DNA of 64,000 nucleotides from Geopsychrobacteraceae bacterium (GCA_963662315.1 OY759353.1:1664001-1728000); one strand, 5' to 3'; shown: positions 38,215 to 47,837, counted from the first letter of the stretch. The notes: generated by a model not told the origin, from the sequence alone. Numbers and translations are program-made.

Positions 38215-40080
38215 TTAAGCTGCTTTAGTCTCCAAAAGTATCTCCCGCACGGTTTTGGCCAGCACCTCAAGAGAAAACGGTTTATCAAGAACTTTTACAA
38301 TTTGCACCTCGAAAAGATCATCTGCCTCAATACTGTCGGCATAGCCGGTCCACAACAGAATCGGGAATGTTTTTCCTGCCCGCCTGAGTTCCTGGGCCAA
38401 TTGAAGCCCGTTAAACTCGGGCATGGTCATATCAGTAATCAACAGATCGACGGGCTGTTCACCACTAACCATGTCCTGACAGGCCCGGAGGGGATCATTG
38501 TAACTGACGGTCCGATAACCAAGTCGCACAAACAGCTCATCACTCATACTGGTGACTGTTTTTTCATCATCAACAACAACAATCAGTTCCCCCTTCCCGG
38601 CAATAATTTCGTCATTGGTCACCTTTGGCTGAACATTGGCATCTGTTTCCGGCAGATAAATGTGAAACACCGCCCCTTGCCCCGGTGCACTTTTTAATTC
38701 TATGGCACCACCATGAGCACGTACAATGCCATGGGCCACAGCCAATCCCATCCCGGTGCCTTCACCTGTTTTTTTCGTTGAAAAAAACGGTTCAAAAATC
38801 CGTTCAGCAATATCTTCCGAAATTCCGGGCCCAGAATCTTCGACAGTCAGGCAACCGTAACAACCCGGCCGGACATTAAAGATCTCTGCCTTTTCTTGTG
38901 ACAAGTTGGCGCGCTGAACCTGGATTTTCAGGACCCCGCCGGTCTCATTCATGGCGTGACCAGCATTGGTGATCAGATTCATAAGAATTTGATGGACCTG
39001 ACCCGGGTCTGCCAAAACCTTTACACCTGGGTCCAACGACGTTTCAACAGAGATTAATCTGGGCAGGGATGATTGATGCAAAGCCAAGCTTTCTTTGACG
39101 ATATCCTCAAGAAACAGGGGTTCACGCACCGGTTCGGCCCGCCGGCTAAAAAGCAAAATTTGGGCAATAAGCTTTTGGGCGCGCTCACCGGCCAGAATAA
39201 TTTGGTTCTGGTACTGTTCCAGCTTTGATCCCGGCTCACAGGTCAGAGAGCTGAGTTGGGCAAAGCCCAGTACTGCAGACAGAATATTGTTGAAATCATG
39301 AGCAATACCTCCGGCAAGGGTCCCGAGAGCTTCCAGTTTCTGAGCTTGAGCCAGGTCCTGTTCAAGTTGCCGCCGCTGCTCCAATTCCATTTTCAGCGTC
39401 GCAATCATACTGTTAATAGCATCTGCCAGATGATCAATTTCATCCTCACCAAGCAACTGCTTCTTAACCGTTATGGGTTCCAGAGTTTCTATTTTCTGCA
39501 GTTCCATAGCGCGTGCGTAACGTTCCACCCGGACCAGACGCTTGAGTGCCTGGCGATGAAAAAGCAGATAAACAATTGCAGCGACTCCGAAAATACTGAG
39601 GAAATTGGAGAGCAGAAGCTGAGGGAAATCTTTGAAAATAGCCGCTGGATACTTTTCGTAATGAGCCTGAAGAATTATAACCCCGATTTCAGTACTGCTG
39701 TTGGTGACAGGATCGAAATGAAGAATCATGCTGCGGTGTTCAAGATAGGGGTCCAGTCCAGCTTCACCATAGCGCTGACAACGATTTGCCGTATGGTCAC
39801 AGACTTCAATGTAACTTAGGGTATGGCTGGTCTGGTTTTCGATGATCTTCTCGACCATATCCCAGTCGTACAGCCACACCGCTTCTCGAATTGATAACTG
39901 GGCACCCCGTTCAAAGTTGGCAAATTCGCTCTGGATATTTTTTTTGCGCTGCTCCAGCCCCAGATACTCTTGGTATAAACTCACAGCCACAACAATCAGG
40001 GCACAGGTCAGGATTGTACTCAATAATAATTTAATATTGAGCCTGGCAAACATCGATCTGGCAAAACCTTGCTTAACCAT
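38215..40080 (-). CDS. Hybrid sensor histidine kinase/response regulator
   Basis: Two TMs around a periplasmic domain; HAMP-like DEIDHLA; H-box GIAHDFNNIL; NLITNA, DSGPGI and GTGMGL; C-terminal receiver (VVDDE, ITDMTMP, KP). Confidence 0.94.
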   Translation of the reverse strand: MVKQGFARSMFARLNIKLLLSTILTCALIVVAVSLYQEYLGLEQRKKNIQSEFANFERGAQLSIREAVWLYDWDMVEKIIENQTSHTLSYIEVCDHTANRCQRYGEAGLDPYLEHRSMILHFDPVTNSSTEIGVIILQAHYEKYPAAIFKDFPQLLLSNFLSIFGVAAIVYLLFHRQALKRLVRVERYARAMELQKIETLEPITVKKQLLGEDEIDHLADAINSMIATLKMELEQRRQLEQDLAQAQKLEALGTLAGGIAHDFNNILSAVLGFAQLSSLTCEPGSKLEQYQNQIILAGERAQKLIAQILLFSRRAEPVREPLFLEDIVKESLALHQSSLPRLISVETSLDPGVKVLADPGQVHQILMNLITNAGHAMNETGGVLKIQVQRANLSQEKAEIFNVRPGCYGCLTVEDSGPGISEDIAERIFEPFFSTKKTGEGTGMGLAVAHGIVRAHGGAIELKSAPGQGAVFHIYLPETDANVQPKVTNDEIIAGKGELIVVVDDEKTVTSMSDELFVRLGYRTVSYNDPLRACQDMVSGEQPVDLLITDMTMPEFNGLQLAQELRRAGKTFPILLWTGYADSIEADDLFEVQIVKVLDKPFSLEVLAKTVREILLETKAA

Positions 40081-40363
40081 CTATGTCAGTCCTTTATTAT
40101 GCAGCTCAATCCGACAACTCCAGGGCAGCCGAAGTGAAGTAGACTCTAAAATCTCAAAATAACCACAGTCAACGTTAGCCCGTTCGCTATCAAACGTTCG
40201 GAACAGTAAACTATTCTATCGGAAATATTCAAAGATACTAGGCGTTTAATAAACTAAATCAGAAATAAATTAAATCCCACAACCAGGTATTTCCCCCACC
40301 CCTCTCACTTTCACTGCGGTTTTCATGCTAAAATGGTCTATCAACTAGCGAAGGAGGGTTTGA

Positions 40364-40792
40364 ATGTCAGCTCAAAAACGTTTATTCCCCATAAGTATTG
40401 CATGCATGTTGCTTCTGTCCCTAATCCAGCCCGCAACAGCAGCGAATATCTTGCAGGCCAAAGACATCCCACGCATCACCCCAGCCGACGCCCAGCAGCT
40501 GCAAAATCAAGAAGACATCACGTATATCGATACGCGGAAGCCGGATCAATGGCAGACAGCTACAGACAAAATTCCCGGGGCAATCCGCGTGACAACCTAC
40601 AGCGAGCTCTACGCTTTAAAAAAGGTACTGCCAGCAGACAGGGCAATCATAACCTATTGTACCTGACCGAACGAAGCATCCAGTGCCGGTCTGGCACTGA
40701 CACTATTAGAAGCAGGATTTACCAGGGTCTGGGCTCTCAAGGGCGGGTATGCCGACTGGAAACAACACGAGCTACCGACAGAAAAAAAATAA
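40364..40792 (+). CDS. Exported rhodanese-domain protein, predicted selenoprotein (UGA 40664-40666 read as Sec, CxU motif), 142 aa
   Basis: Signal peptide; YIDTR and KIPGA; IITYCT-UGA-PNEASSAGLALTLLEAGFTRVWALKGGYADWKQHELPTEKK-TAA. Read-through completes the rhodanese fold. Confidence 0.85.
40681..40699 (+). promoter_or_regulatory. Candidate bacterial SECIS hairpin
   Basis: CAGTGCC-GGTCT-GGCACTG: a 7-bp perfect stem with a G-initiated loop starting 22 nt after the UGA. Confidence 0.7.
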
Positions 40793-40813
40793 GACAACTG
40801 GAGGTTTGACACC

Positions 40814-41230
40814 ATGAAAGACAGTCTGAAACCGGGGTTGACCTATGTGCACAGTTACCAAGTTCCAGTCTGCAAAACGGTTCCCCATCTGTTTGAAGAA
40901 GCAGAGCTTTTTCAGCAGATGCCGGCCGTTCTGGCAACCGGGTTCATGGTCGGCCTGATGGAGTGGGCCTGCATGGAAGCCATGGCCCCTCATATGGACG
41001 AGGGGGAAATCAGCCTGGGGGTCTATGTCAATGTGTCCCACCTGGCACCAACGCCACCAGGAATGAATGTCCAGGTTGAAGTCACCTGCATCGCCGTCGA
41101 AGGTCAAAAAACCAGCTGGAATCTGATTGCTAAAGACGAAAAGGACATCATTGGCAAAGGAACACATGAACGCTTCAGCATAAATCGTGATAAGTTTGCT
41201 AAAATAGTTGCAAAGAAAAGTACAGAATAG
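40814..41230 (+). CDS. Hot-dog fold thioesterase, fluoroacetyl-CoA thioesterase (FlK)-like
   Basis: VLATGFMVGLMEWAC, VSHLAPTPPG and GTHER (Thr/Glu/His of the FlK family); GGAGG RBS. Confidence 0.88.
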   Translation: MKDSLKPGLTYVHSYQVPVCKTVPHLFEEAELFQQMPAVLATGFMVGLMEWACMEAMAPHMDEGEISLGVYVNVSHLAPTPPGMNVQVEVTCIAVEGQKTSWNLIAKDEKDIIGKGTHERFSINRDKFAKIVAKKSTE

Positions 41231-41282
41231 TTTTGTCTTAAATGAACCTACCTAAAACGTTGTGAACCGAAAGGAGAAGACT

Positions 41283-41462
41283 ATGACTGAATGGAGTTGT
41301 GACAACCCGGAAGAACATTGCGACCTTCATGCTTGTCAACTGAGCGCCAAGGAACGCAATCCTGAAATTGAAAAGATATTTGAGAATCCCCGCTACCTAT
41401 GTACCAACTGCGGAGCTAAAGTGCACGATGCAGGAAATGTCTGCCGTCCCAGAGAAATATAG
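41283..41462 (+). CDS. Small Cys/His-rich hypothetical protein, 59 aa
   Basis: AAGGAG RBS; HCDLHAC...PRYLCTNCG...NVCRP. Confidence 0.75.
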   Translation: MTEWSCDNPEEHCDLHACQLSAKERNPEIEKIFENPRYLCTNCGAKVHDAGNVCRPREI

Positions 41463-41486
41463 CTTTCAAACCACAAATGATCTGTT

Positions 41487-41517
41487 AAAAAAAGCGGGCT
41501 CTGAAAACAGAGCCCGC
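41487..41517 (-). terminator. Intrinsic terminator for slyD (between convergent genes)
   Basis: A7 run followed by GCGGGCTCTG-aaaa-CAGAGCCCGC. Confidence 0.7.
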
Positions 41518-41531
41518 CGGATTCGCTGAGA

Positions 41532-42008
41532 TTACAGAATTTCCAACACTTCAAATTCGTAAGTCAATTCTTCACCAGCCAGTGGATGATTGGAATCCAT
41601 TTTTACTTCACTGTCGGTCACGTCAATAATTGTGACAATGTAAATATCGTCATCTTCTCCGGTGACTTCCAGTTCCATCCCCGGCTCAGGAATAATGTCG
41701 TCAGGCAATTCACTGCGCTGAACCGTAAAAACCAGTTCAGAATCATAATCGCCAAAACCGTCTTCAGGGCTGATAGAGACTGTCTTCTTTTCACCAACCT
41801 GCATCCCGATCAGAGCTTCTTCAACCGGAATATAAAAATCACCAGAACCTACGACCAGTTCAAAAGGACCATGCTCATGGCAGCAGTCATCATCGTGACA
41901 TTCGTCCCCTTCATGAGGATAGGTACTGTCAATGACAGTCCCATCATCAAGGGTTCCGATATAATTGATCAAAACTTTATCTGACTCTTTTACTGTTTGC
42001 ATATTCAC
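41532..42008 (-). CDS. slyD: FKBP-type peptidyl-prolyl isomerase (SlyD/SlpA-like)
   Basis: YIGTLDDGTVIDST, EEALIGM, PEDGFG and DSNHPLAG. Confidence 0.88.
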   Translation of the reverse strand: MNMQTVKESDKVLINYIGTLDDGTVIDSTYPHEGDECHDDDCCHEHGPFELVVGSGDFYIPVEEALIGMQVGEKKTVSISPEDGFGDYDSELVFTVQRSELPDDIIPEPGMELEVTGEDDDIYIVTIIDVTDSEVKMDSNHPLAGEELTYEFEVLEIL

Positions 42009-42215
42009 TTATCCTTAATAAAAACTATAAACACAATAAAGCGGCGTTGTAACACACCCGTAAAAATAACTAAAGATCAGAATCTTAAATTATTTTGCGT
42101 CGCAGGAGAATACCTACTTTAACGGTCAGGTATCTAATTAAATAGATAAATCACAATCAGCAAAAATTCCGTCGTCATATTCCGTTTCTCATTTCAGCGT
42201 ATGTGAGGTTTCAAC

Positions 42216-42390
42216 ATGGCTCACCAGCCCCGGAAACCTGGCTATTACCACCTCGCACAGCGCCTGAACGTTACCGACCCTGATCAATGTCCCCTGCGGC
42301 AAGAGAGTCAGCGTCTGTCCGTTTGAAGCCCTGGCTTTAGCTTCGGCCAACGATCTCTGCCAGCTCAATACATGTCGGCATCGGGCTGAG
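42216..42390 (+). pseudogene. Fragmented remnant of a 4Fe-4S dicluster protein gene
   Basis: GAGG RBS plus MAHQPRKPGYYHLAQRLN; after a frameshift, DQC.CGKRVSVCPFEALALASAND resembles a degenerate CxxCxxCxxxCP motif. Right boundary is approximate. Confidence 0.45.
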
Positions 42391-42419
42391 TCTCTTCAAG
42401 CCAACCACATCAACAGAAA

Positions 42420-43181
42420 TCACCCGCCCAACAACCCGTCGTAACAAAGCTTCAGCCCTGAAACCAGCAGCATGCCATAAAGAAAACGATAAATCGTCGG
42501 CTGAGAAATACGCTGCATCAACAAATAACCACAACGGACTCCTATCGGAGCCAGCGGAACAAGAACCAAAGAGGTCAACAGGTTGGCGGTATCAAACAAC
42601 CCAAGCAGAGTATAGGGAACCAGCTTGACATAATTGACAATAGTAAAAAAAACAGCCATAGTTCCAATCAATACCGTCTTATCGAGATTCAGGGGCAGCA
42701 GATAAACCGTCACCGGTGGTCCGCCAGCATGAATCTGGGCACTGGTAAACCCGGATAAGGCACCCCAAAAATATCCCTTCCAGCGGCGGGATCGGTTGAT
42801 ATTTGGTGTTGATCGCTTGAGTAAGTAATTGAGAAAAAAAACGATGGCAATCACTCCGATCATTAATTTCAGTGTTCTTACCGGTAACAGGTTCATGGTT
42901 GCCACCCCGACAACAATGCCAACCAAAGCAGCCGGAACCAGAATTTTCAATTGTTCACGGTCATAGCGCCGCCGAAAAGTATGTATCGCAAAAATATCCA
43001 TAACACACAAAATCGGGAGCATAATTGCAGCTGCCTGAACCGGGCTGATTACCAGAGATAACAGTGGAACAACCACAGCTCCTGCTCCGGGTCCCATGCC
43101 ACCCTTCCCCATGCCATACAACATGACTGCGGGAATCGCAATAGCATAAAAATAGGGATCCGTAATCAAAGAAACACTCAT
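42420..43181 (-). CDS. TSUP (TauE/SafE) family transporter
   Basis: GMGKGG.G, QAAAIMLP, SGFTS..IHAGGPP and NYVKLVPY; 4 bp downstream of prpB. Confidence 0.9.
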   Translation of the reverse strand: MSVSLITDPYFYAIAIPAVMLYGMGKGGMGPGAGAVVVPLLSLVISPVQAAAIMLPILCVMDIFAIHTFRRRYDREQLKILVPAALVGIVVGVATMNLLPVRTLKLMIGVIAIVFFLNYLLKRSTPNINRSRRWKGYFWGALSGFTSAQIHAGGPPVTVYLLPLNLDKTVLIGTMAVFFTIVNYVKLVPYTLLGLFDTANLLTSLVLVPLAPIGVRCGYLLMQRISQPTIYRFLYGMLLVSGLKLCYDGLLGG

Positions 43182-43185
43182 AATC

Positions 43186-44121
43186 TCATCCGCTTCCGGG
43201 CAGAACCGTTCGTTCTATTCCGGCATCCAAAGCTTCATAGCCGAAATAATTGATCAGCTCATACAGCTCAGAACGTGGCTGCATTCGTTCCAGCGTTCCG
43301 GCAGCGGTCTCTTCGTCATGGAGTTGCCGGTAAAACAGCTCCATCGCCTTGGCCGCAATCCTTAACCCGGATACCGGCCAGATCGCCATGGCATAACCAA
43401 AATCGGCAAATTGCTTAAAACTGAATTGCTCCGTACGACCAAACTCAGTCATGTTGGCGAGCAGGGGAACACGAACAGCGGCGGCAAAGGTACGGAAATC
43501 GGCTTCATTGCGTAACGCTTCCGGGAAAATGGCGTCTGCCCCGGCAGCCACGTAAGCCTTGGCCCGGGCAATGGCGGCGTCCATCCCTTCCTGGGCAAGG
43601 GAATCGGTCCTGGCAACAATTTTCAGATCCTTGCGGGCTCTGCTGGCTGCATTGATTTTCTTGGCCATATCCTCAACAGAAACCAGCTGTTTACCATTCA
43701 GATGACCACATTTTTTCGGCAACATCTGGTCCTCCAGCTGAACAGCTGCTACACCGACATCTTCCAGCTCGCGCACCAGTCGCATCACATTGAGAATCTC
43801 CCCGAACCCGGTATCACCATCCACCAGTAATGGTAAACGAGTCACCCGGACAATTGCCTTAGCCCTGGCTACCAGCTCTTCCATTGTGACGATACCCAGG
43901 TCAGGCAACCCCAAAGATGCGGTCAGAGCCGCCCCGGACAGATATAAAGCTTCAAACCCCGCCTGGCGCGCCAGTAGTCCGGCAATTGGATCGTGAGCGC
44001 CGGCAATAGGCAGGAAATTTCCTGACCGCCAGCGCTGTGCCATTTGTTCTCCCAGTCCGGTTGGCAAGGGTTGCTCTAGCCAGGTAGGCAATTCACTTTG
44101 GCCTGAATGTGTCATCATCAT
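43186..44121 (-). CDS. prpB: 2-methylisocitrate lyase (ICL/PEP-mutase family)
   Basis: YLSGA, GLPDLG, VDGDTGFG, EDQ..PKKCGH, ARTD, IFPEAL and LANMTEFG. Confidence 0.85.
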   Translation of the reverse strand: MMMTHSGQSELPTWLEQPLPTGLGEQMAQRWRSGNFLPIAGAHDPIAGLLARQAGFEALYLSGAALTASLGLPDLGIVTMEELVARAKAIVRVTRLPLLVDGDTGFGEILNVMRLVRELEDVGVAAVQLEDQMLPKKCGHLNGKQLVSVEDMAKKINAASRARKDLKIVARTDSLAQEGMDAAIARAKAYVAAGADAIFPEALRNEADFRTFAAAVRVPLLANMTEFGRTEQFSFKQFADFGYAMAIWPVSGLRIAAKAMELFYRQLHDEETAAGTLERMQPRSELYELINYFGYEALDAGIERTVLPGSG

Positions 44122-44169
44122 ACTCCTGATCTGTCAAATAAGGGCAGCATAGCCATCCTGTTCCAGCTG

Positions 44170-44835
44170 TTATCTATCACCCTGTTGGCCGTTGAAAAAC
44201 GTCTGCCAGGAGGCCTGAACATGACGCTGCATCAGCAGGCAGGCCAATTCTTCATCATTTGCATAAATAGCTTCTGCAATGCGTTGGTGCTCCAGAAAAG
44301 CTTGAGCTCCCCGCCCTTTTACAACACAGTGACTGCTCCGCAATAACATCAGCTGAGGGTAAAGCTCATTGGCCAACAAATTCTGTATCAATGGATTAGC
44401 TGCAATTTCGGCCAGAACCAGGTGAAAATCACGATCCTTTTTTTCCTGCAAATAAGCACGATCCGGATGAACATTAATCACCTGAACATGTTCTTTCAGC
44501 AGCCTTTCGATTTTTTGTTTTTCTTGTTCCCCAGCATTTGACGCAGCCAAGCGCGCCACCTGCCCTTCCAATGCTTCACGCAGCTGATAAAAAGCTTTAC
44601 CTTCAGCAAGGGAAAAAGATCTGACCTGAGCACCAATATTCGCTGCGGAGGTCACCAGTCCAACCCCTGCAAGCCTGCGCAGAGCATCGCGGATAGGGCC
44701 GCGACTGACGCCATATTGCGTGGCCAGGTCAACCTCCCCCAAGCGCTGCCCGGGTCGATATTGCCCAGAAATAATGTGCTCCTGGAGCTGTTCAAATATA
44801 AAATTGACGCTCAATCGTCGCTTAAAGGCTGTCAT
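44170..44835 (-). CDS. GntR (FadR/FCD) family regulator, PrpR-like
   Basis: PGQRLGE..LA..YGVSRGPIRDAL wHTH; FCD motifs DRDFH and EH..I..AI; upstream of prpB. Confidence 0.9.
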   Translation of the reverse strand: MTAFKRRLSVNFIFEQLQEHIISGQYRPGQRLGEVDLATQYGVSRGPIRDALRRLAGVGLVTSAANIGAQVRSFSLAEGKAFYQLREALEGQVARLAASNAGEQEKQKIERLLKEHVQVINVHPDRAYLQEKKDRDFHLVLAEIAANPLIQNLLANELYPQLMLLRSSHCVVKGRGAQAFLEHQRIAEAIYANDEELACLLMQRHVQASWQTFFNGQQGDR

Positions 44836-44879
44836 CAAAAATACCTTTTCCAGAGGAGGATGACACAGCATACCACACT

Positions 44880-44953
44880 ATTGTTAACAATATCAGGAGT
44901 ATTCTTAACAATCCCCCTAAAAAATGGCAGAAAAAAGAGTCATTGTTGACAAT
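44880..44953. promoter_or_regulatory. Two PrpR-type GntR operator palindromes
   Basis: ATTGTTAACAAT (44880-44891) and ATTGTTGACAAT (44942-44953), close to the ATTGTCGACAAT consensus I recall for GntR-family PrpR. Confidence 0.65.
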
Positions 44954-45130
44954 ATAATTAAATTGTCGTTAACACAGCAAATCCAGCATAAACCTTTATT
45001 GATGGACACAGCAAGAGCGGGAGACATACCCCCTGTCAATGGAAACGGTAATCAGTGATGAGACAGAAGAATGTCATGGTCATGCGAGAAGAGATTTTAA
45101 GGAAGAGTACGCTATTAAGCCTGAATGGAC

Positions 45131-45499
45131 TCAGGACTCCAACCACTGATAAAGCTGGGGAATCTCATAAGGTTTGGTAAATATTTCACAACCGAGATCT
45201 TTGGCCAGCTGCAGATCACTACCGGACCAGCTGCCGGAAATAATTGCCAGGCGATGATCGGGAACATCAAGCCCCTGGGATTTGAGCTTTTTGAGAAATT
45301 CCGCACCCGTCATACCGGGCATCTGGTTATCAGTGAGAATAAAATCAAAATGATTATTGGTGAGCTGATTACTGTTGGCTTCAAAAAATTCAGCCGGATC
45401 GGAAAAAGATGTGACATTAATATTTTTTGCTCTTAGGATTTCGCTCAATAACGTTCTGCATAACATGTCATCATCAAGAACAAGAGCTGTCTGTTGCAT
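45131..45499 (-). CDS. Single-domain response regulator (receiver)
   Basis: LVLDDD, ILTDNQMPGMTG and FTKPY. Confidence 0.88.
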   Translation of the reverse strand: MQQTALVLDDDMLCRTLLSEILRAKNINVTSFSDPAEFFEANSNQLTNNHFDFILTDNQMPGMTGAEFLKKLKSQGLDVPDHRLAIISGSWSGSDLQLAKDLGCEIFTKPYEIPQLYQWLES

Positions 45500-45766
45500 G
45501 TAAATCCCCTTTTATTATTGACTATAACAATCCGGTTGGGAAATAACCGCGCTACTTACATTGCAGAAAACACGCTTTCTGCTAGCCCGCAAACTGTCCA
45601 GCCACAAGGAACAACGGCAATTTATCACCTAATCAGAGCAACAGTTTAAACCCTTCATCTGACAAATTTCTTACTCAGAGCATCTCCGGAGATACCATGC
45701 GCTATTTTCTCAAAAAAATGCTCCACATTAATCCAAGGCAGGGAACAAAGCTTCAGACTCTTCCCC

Positions 45767-46516
45767 TTAGAGCTCCGCAGCCAAAGTTTCGTGAGCAAGG
45801 CATGCTGCGCCAATAATACCAGCCTGATTCTGCAAGTAGGCAGGGATCAGCTCGGCCTGCGCCGACAGAAAAGGCATAAACTTCTCACTTTTACGACTGA
45901 CACCACCACCAAGGATAATAAGGTCAGGAGAAATAATACGCTCAATCTCGTTAAAAAACAGATTCAGGCGCTTAGACCAGGATTGCCAACTCAGCTTGTC
46001 TCGCTTGCGCACGGCCGCAGCAGCATAATGCTCGGCAAATCCTCCTTTGAGGGGGAACGCTCCCAATTCAAGATTGGGAAATAACTGGCCAGCGGAAAAC
46101 AGGGCCGAGCCGATCCCGGTTCCCAGGGTCAGTACCAAGACCGTATCGTGGCGCCCCATGCCGTTTCCGTAGCGCATTTCTGCGACACCGGCAGCATCGG
46201 CATCATTAACCACCCGACAAGGACACCCCGTAACTCGGCAAAGAAGATTCTCAACATTCACACCAATCCAGCCAGGATCAATGTTCGCGGCCGTCTTAGC
46301 AACCCCGCCGCTGATAACCGCCGGGAACCCACAGCCTAGCGGCCCCTGCCACTGAAACTGACGTACCAATTCGGCAACGACTTCAGCCACCGCACTCGGA
46401 GTGGCCGGTTGTGGAGTCGACAATTTCAAGCGCTCAGACATTAAGCCCCCTGTCGAGGTGTCAACCAGAGCCCCCTTAATGCCGCTGCCACCAATATCAA
46501 TCCCTAAAATTTCCAT
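45767..46516 (-). CDS. ppgK: Polyphosphate glucokinase (ROK family)
   Basis: [44 protein letters not shown] and IILGGGVS. Confidence 0.9.
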   Translation of the reverse strand: MEILGIDIGGSGIKGALVDTSTGGLMSERLKLSTPQPATPSAVAEVVAELVRQFQWQGPLGCGFPAVISGGVAKTAANIDPGWIGVNVENLLCRVTGCPCRVVNDADAAGVAEMRYGNGMGRHDTVLVLTLGTGIGSALFSAGQLFPNLELGAFPLKGGFAEHYAAAAVRKRDKLSWQSWSKRLNLFFNEIERIISPDLIILGGGVSRKSEKFMPFLSAQAELIPAYLQNQAGIIGAACLAHETLAAEL

Positions 46517-46543
46517 TTCGCACCTTTTCAGAAGAATATGTTG

Positions 46544-46948
46544 TCAGTGCTTCAAATCACAGGCTCCATGTCGGCACTCATCATCAACTTTCGGCAACAG
46601 GTGTCTGTAACGTGCAAACACCGAGTAAGCTCCGCGAGACAATAAATTAACCCCCGGAAAGCCAATTACCGCACTCAGAAACCGATATGCGGAGCACTCA
46701 GGATAAGCCTGCCAGATTGCTATAAAGGCATCAACACCAGTGTAAAAGGTCCCTTCAATGTCCCGAACATGCAGCCGGGCCATAAACTCGGACTGAGTTT
46801 TCCCATAAGTTTCAGCACTGAAATCCTCCGCTCTTATATTGATAAATAACAGATTGCCGCCATGATCATATTCACGGTATTTTGCCATTTCTGCCGAGCA
46901 GACTCTACAGGAACCATCATAAAAAATCTGCAATGGAAATTGCATCAT
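46544..46948 (-). CDS. DCC family (DUF393) thiol-disulfide oxidoreductase
   Basis: FYDGSCRVC (DxxCxxC), GVDAF and Y..FARYRH. Confidence 0.88.
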   Translation of the reverse strand: MMQFPLQIFYDGSCRVCSAEMAKYREYDHGGNLLFINIRAEDFSAETYGKTQSEFMARLHVRDIEGTFYTGVDAFIAIWQAYPECSAYRFLSAVIGFPGVNLLSRGAYSVFARYRHLLPKVDDECRHGACDLKH

Positions 46949-47099
46949 TACACTCCTTTAAATCAAAGGTTGTTTTTTCGACTTTTCCATTTTACCAGAA
47001 AGACGTTCCGCTACGCGACAGCTCGACAAATATTTCATCTCTTCAATTTTAATAAAATTCGCCTTCAATTATGTTATTGTCAGAAAGAAAGAAGGTTAT

Positions 47100-47660
47100 A
47101 TGACACAGAACAACGACCAACCAAAATCGATCTTCAGTGGCGTTTTCACTGGCTATCTGATCCTGATCCTGCACCTGGCGCTGATTGTCGCACTGACAGC
47201 AACAGTGGTCTTCCTGAAAAGCCTTTATGATATCCGCTGGCTGCTGCTGACTGCCGGACTGATTCTGATCGCCGGGTCCGCCGGGTATTTCTACCAGCGG
47301 ATTAAAAAAAGCAATCGCAAACTGGCAGACATACTAAACAGCCCGGCTCTTCAAGGTCGCTCGGTTGAAATCAGTTTGCTGGGCGGCATGGCAACGTTTA
47401 AACTGGGCAACACCAGCAGCGTAACACCGCGACAGATCCTTATTGACGAACATGGCAATGATGTCAAGCAACTGGAAATGACCCAACCCAGCCGCCTGAG
47501 TAATCTATCCGAGCTGAAAAAACTGTTGGACGGTGACCTTATCACCAAGGAAGAGTTCTTCAGACTCAAAGGTGAAATCATGTCCGCTAGCGCCACGCCC
47601 CATTCGGCAAAAACCGAGAATGATTATATGGTTATTGAGGATAAAATAAGAAATTCGTGA
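47100..47660 (+). CDS. Two-TM membrane protein with C-terminal SHOCT-like motif
   Basis: Two TM helices; LSELKKLLDGDLITKEEFFRLK. Confidence 0.75.
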   Translation: MTQNNDQPKSIFSGVFTGYLILILHLALIVALTATVVFLKSLYDIRWLLLTAGLILIAGSAGYFYQRIKKSNRKLADILNSPALQGRSVEISLLGGMATFKLGNTSSVTPRQILIDEHGNDVKQLEMTQPSRLSNLSELKKLLDGDLITKEEFFRLKGEIMSASATPHSAKTENDYMVIEDKIRNS

Positions 47661-47687
47661 TTTTTTCAAAAAATGTGAATTTTTTAT

Positions 47688-47725
47688 TTGCAGTCTAAAA
47701 AACTATAGTGTAAGGTTCGCTCCGC
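47688..47725 (+). promoter_or_regulatory. sigma70 promoter of the tRNA pair
   Basis: TTGCAG-N17-TAAGGT, then a GC-rich discriminator (TCGCTCCGC); A/T tracts upstream. Confidence 0.55.
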
Positions 47726-47745
47726 ATTTGACAAAAATGCCTTGC

Positions 47746-47822
47746 GGGGCTGTAGTAGAGTCGGTTACAACGCCGGCCTGTCACGCCGGAGGTCGCGGGT
47801 TCAAGTCCCGTCAGCCCCGCCA
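47746..47822 (+). tRNA. tRNA-Asp(GTC)
   Basis: GGGGCTG/CAGCCCC acceptor stem, CCGGC-ctGTCac-GCCGG anticodon arm, GGTTCAAGT T-loop, encoded CCA. Confidence 0.97.
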
Positions 47823-47837
47823 TCTTAAAAAATCTCA

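Noticed and set aside
40333..40809. 158-aa ORF overlapping the rhodanese in another frame
   Set aside because: Shadow ORF with no motifs; the rhodanese frame has the RBS, signal peptide and domain motifs.
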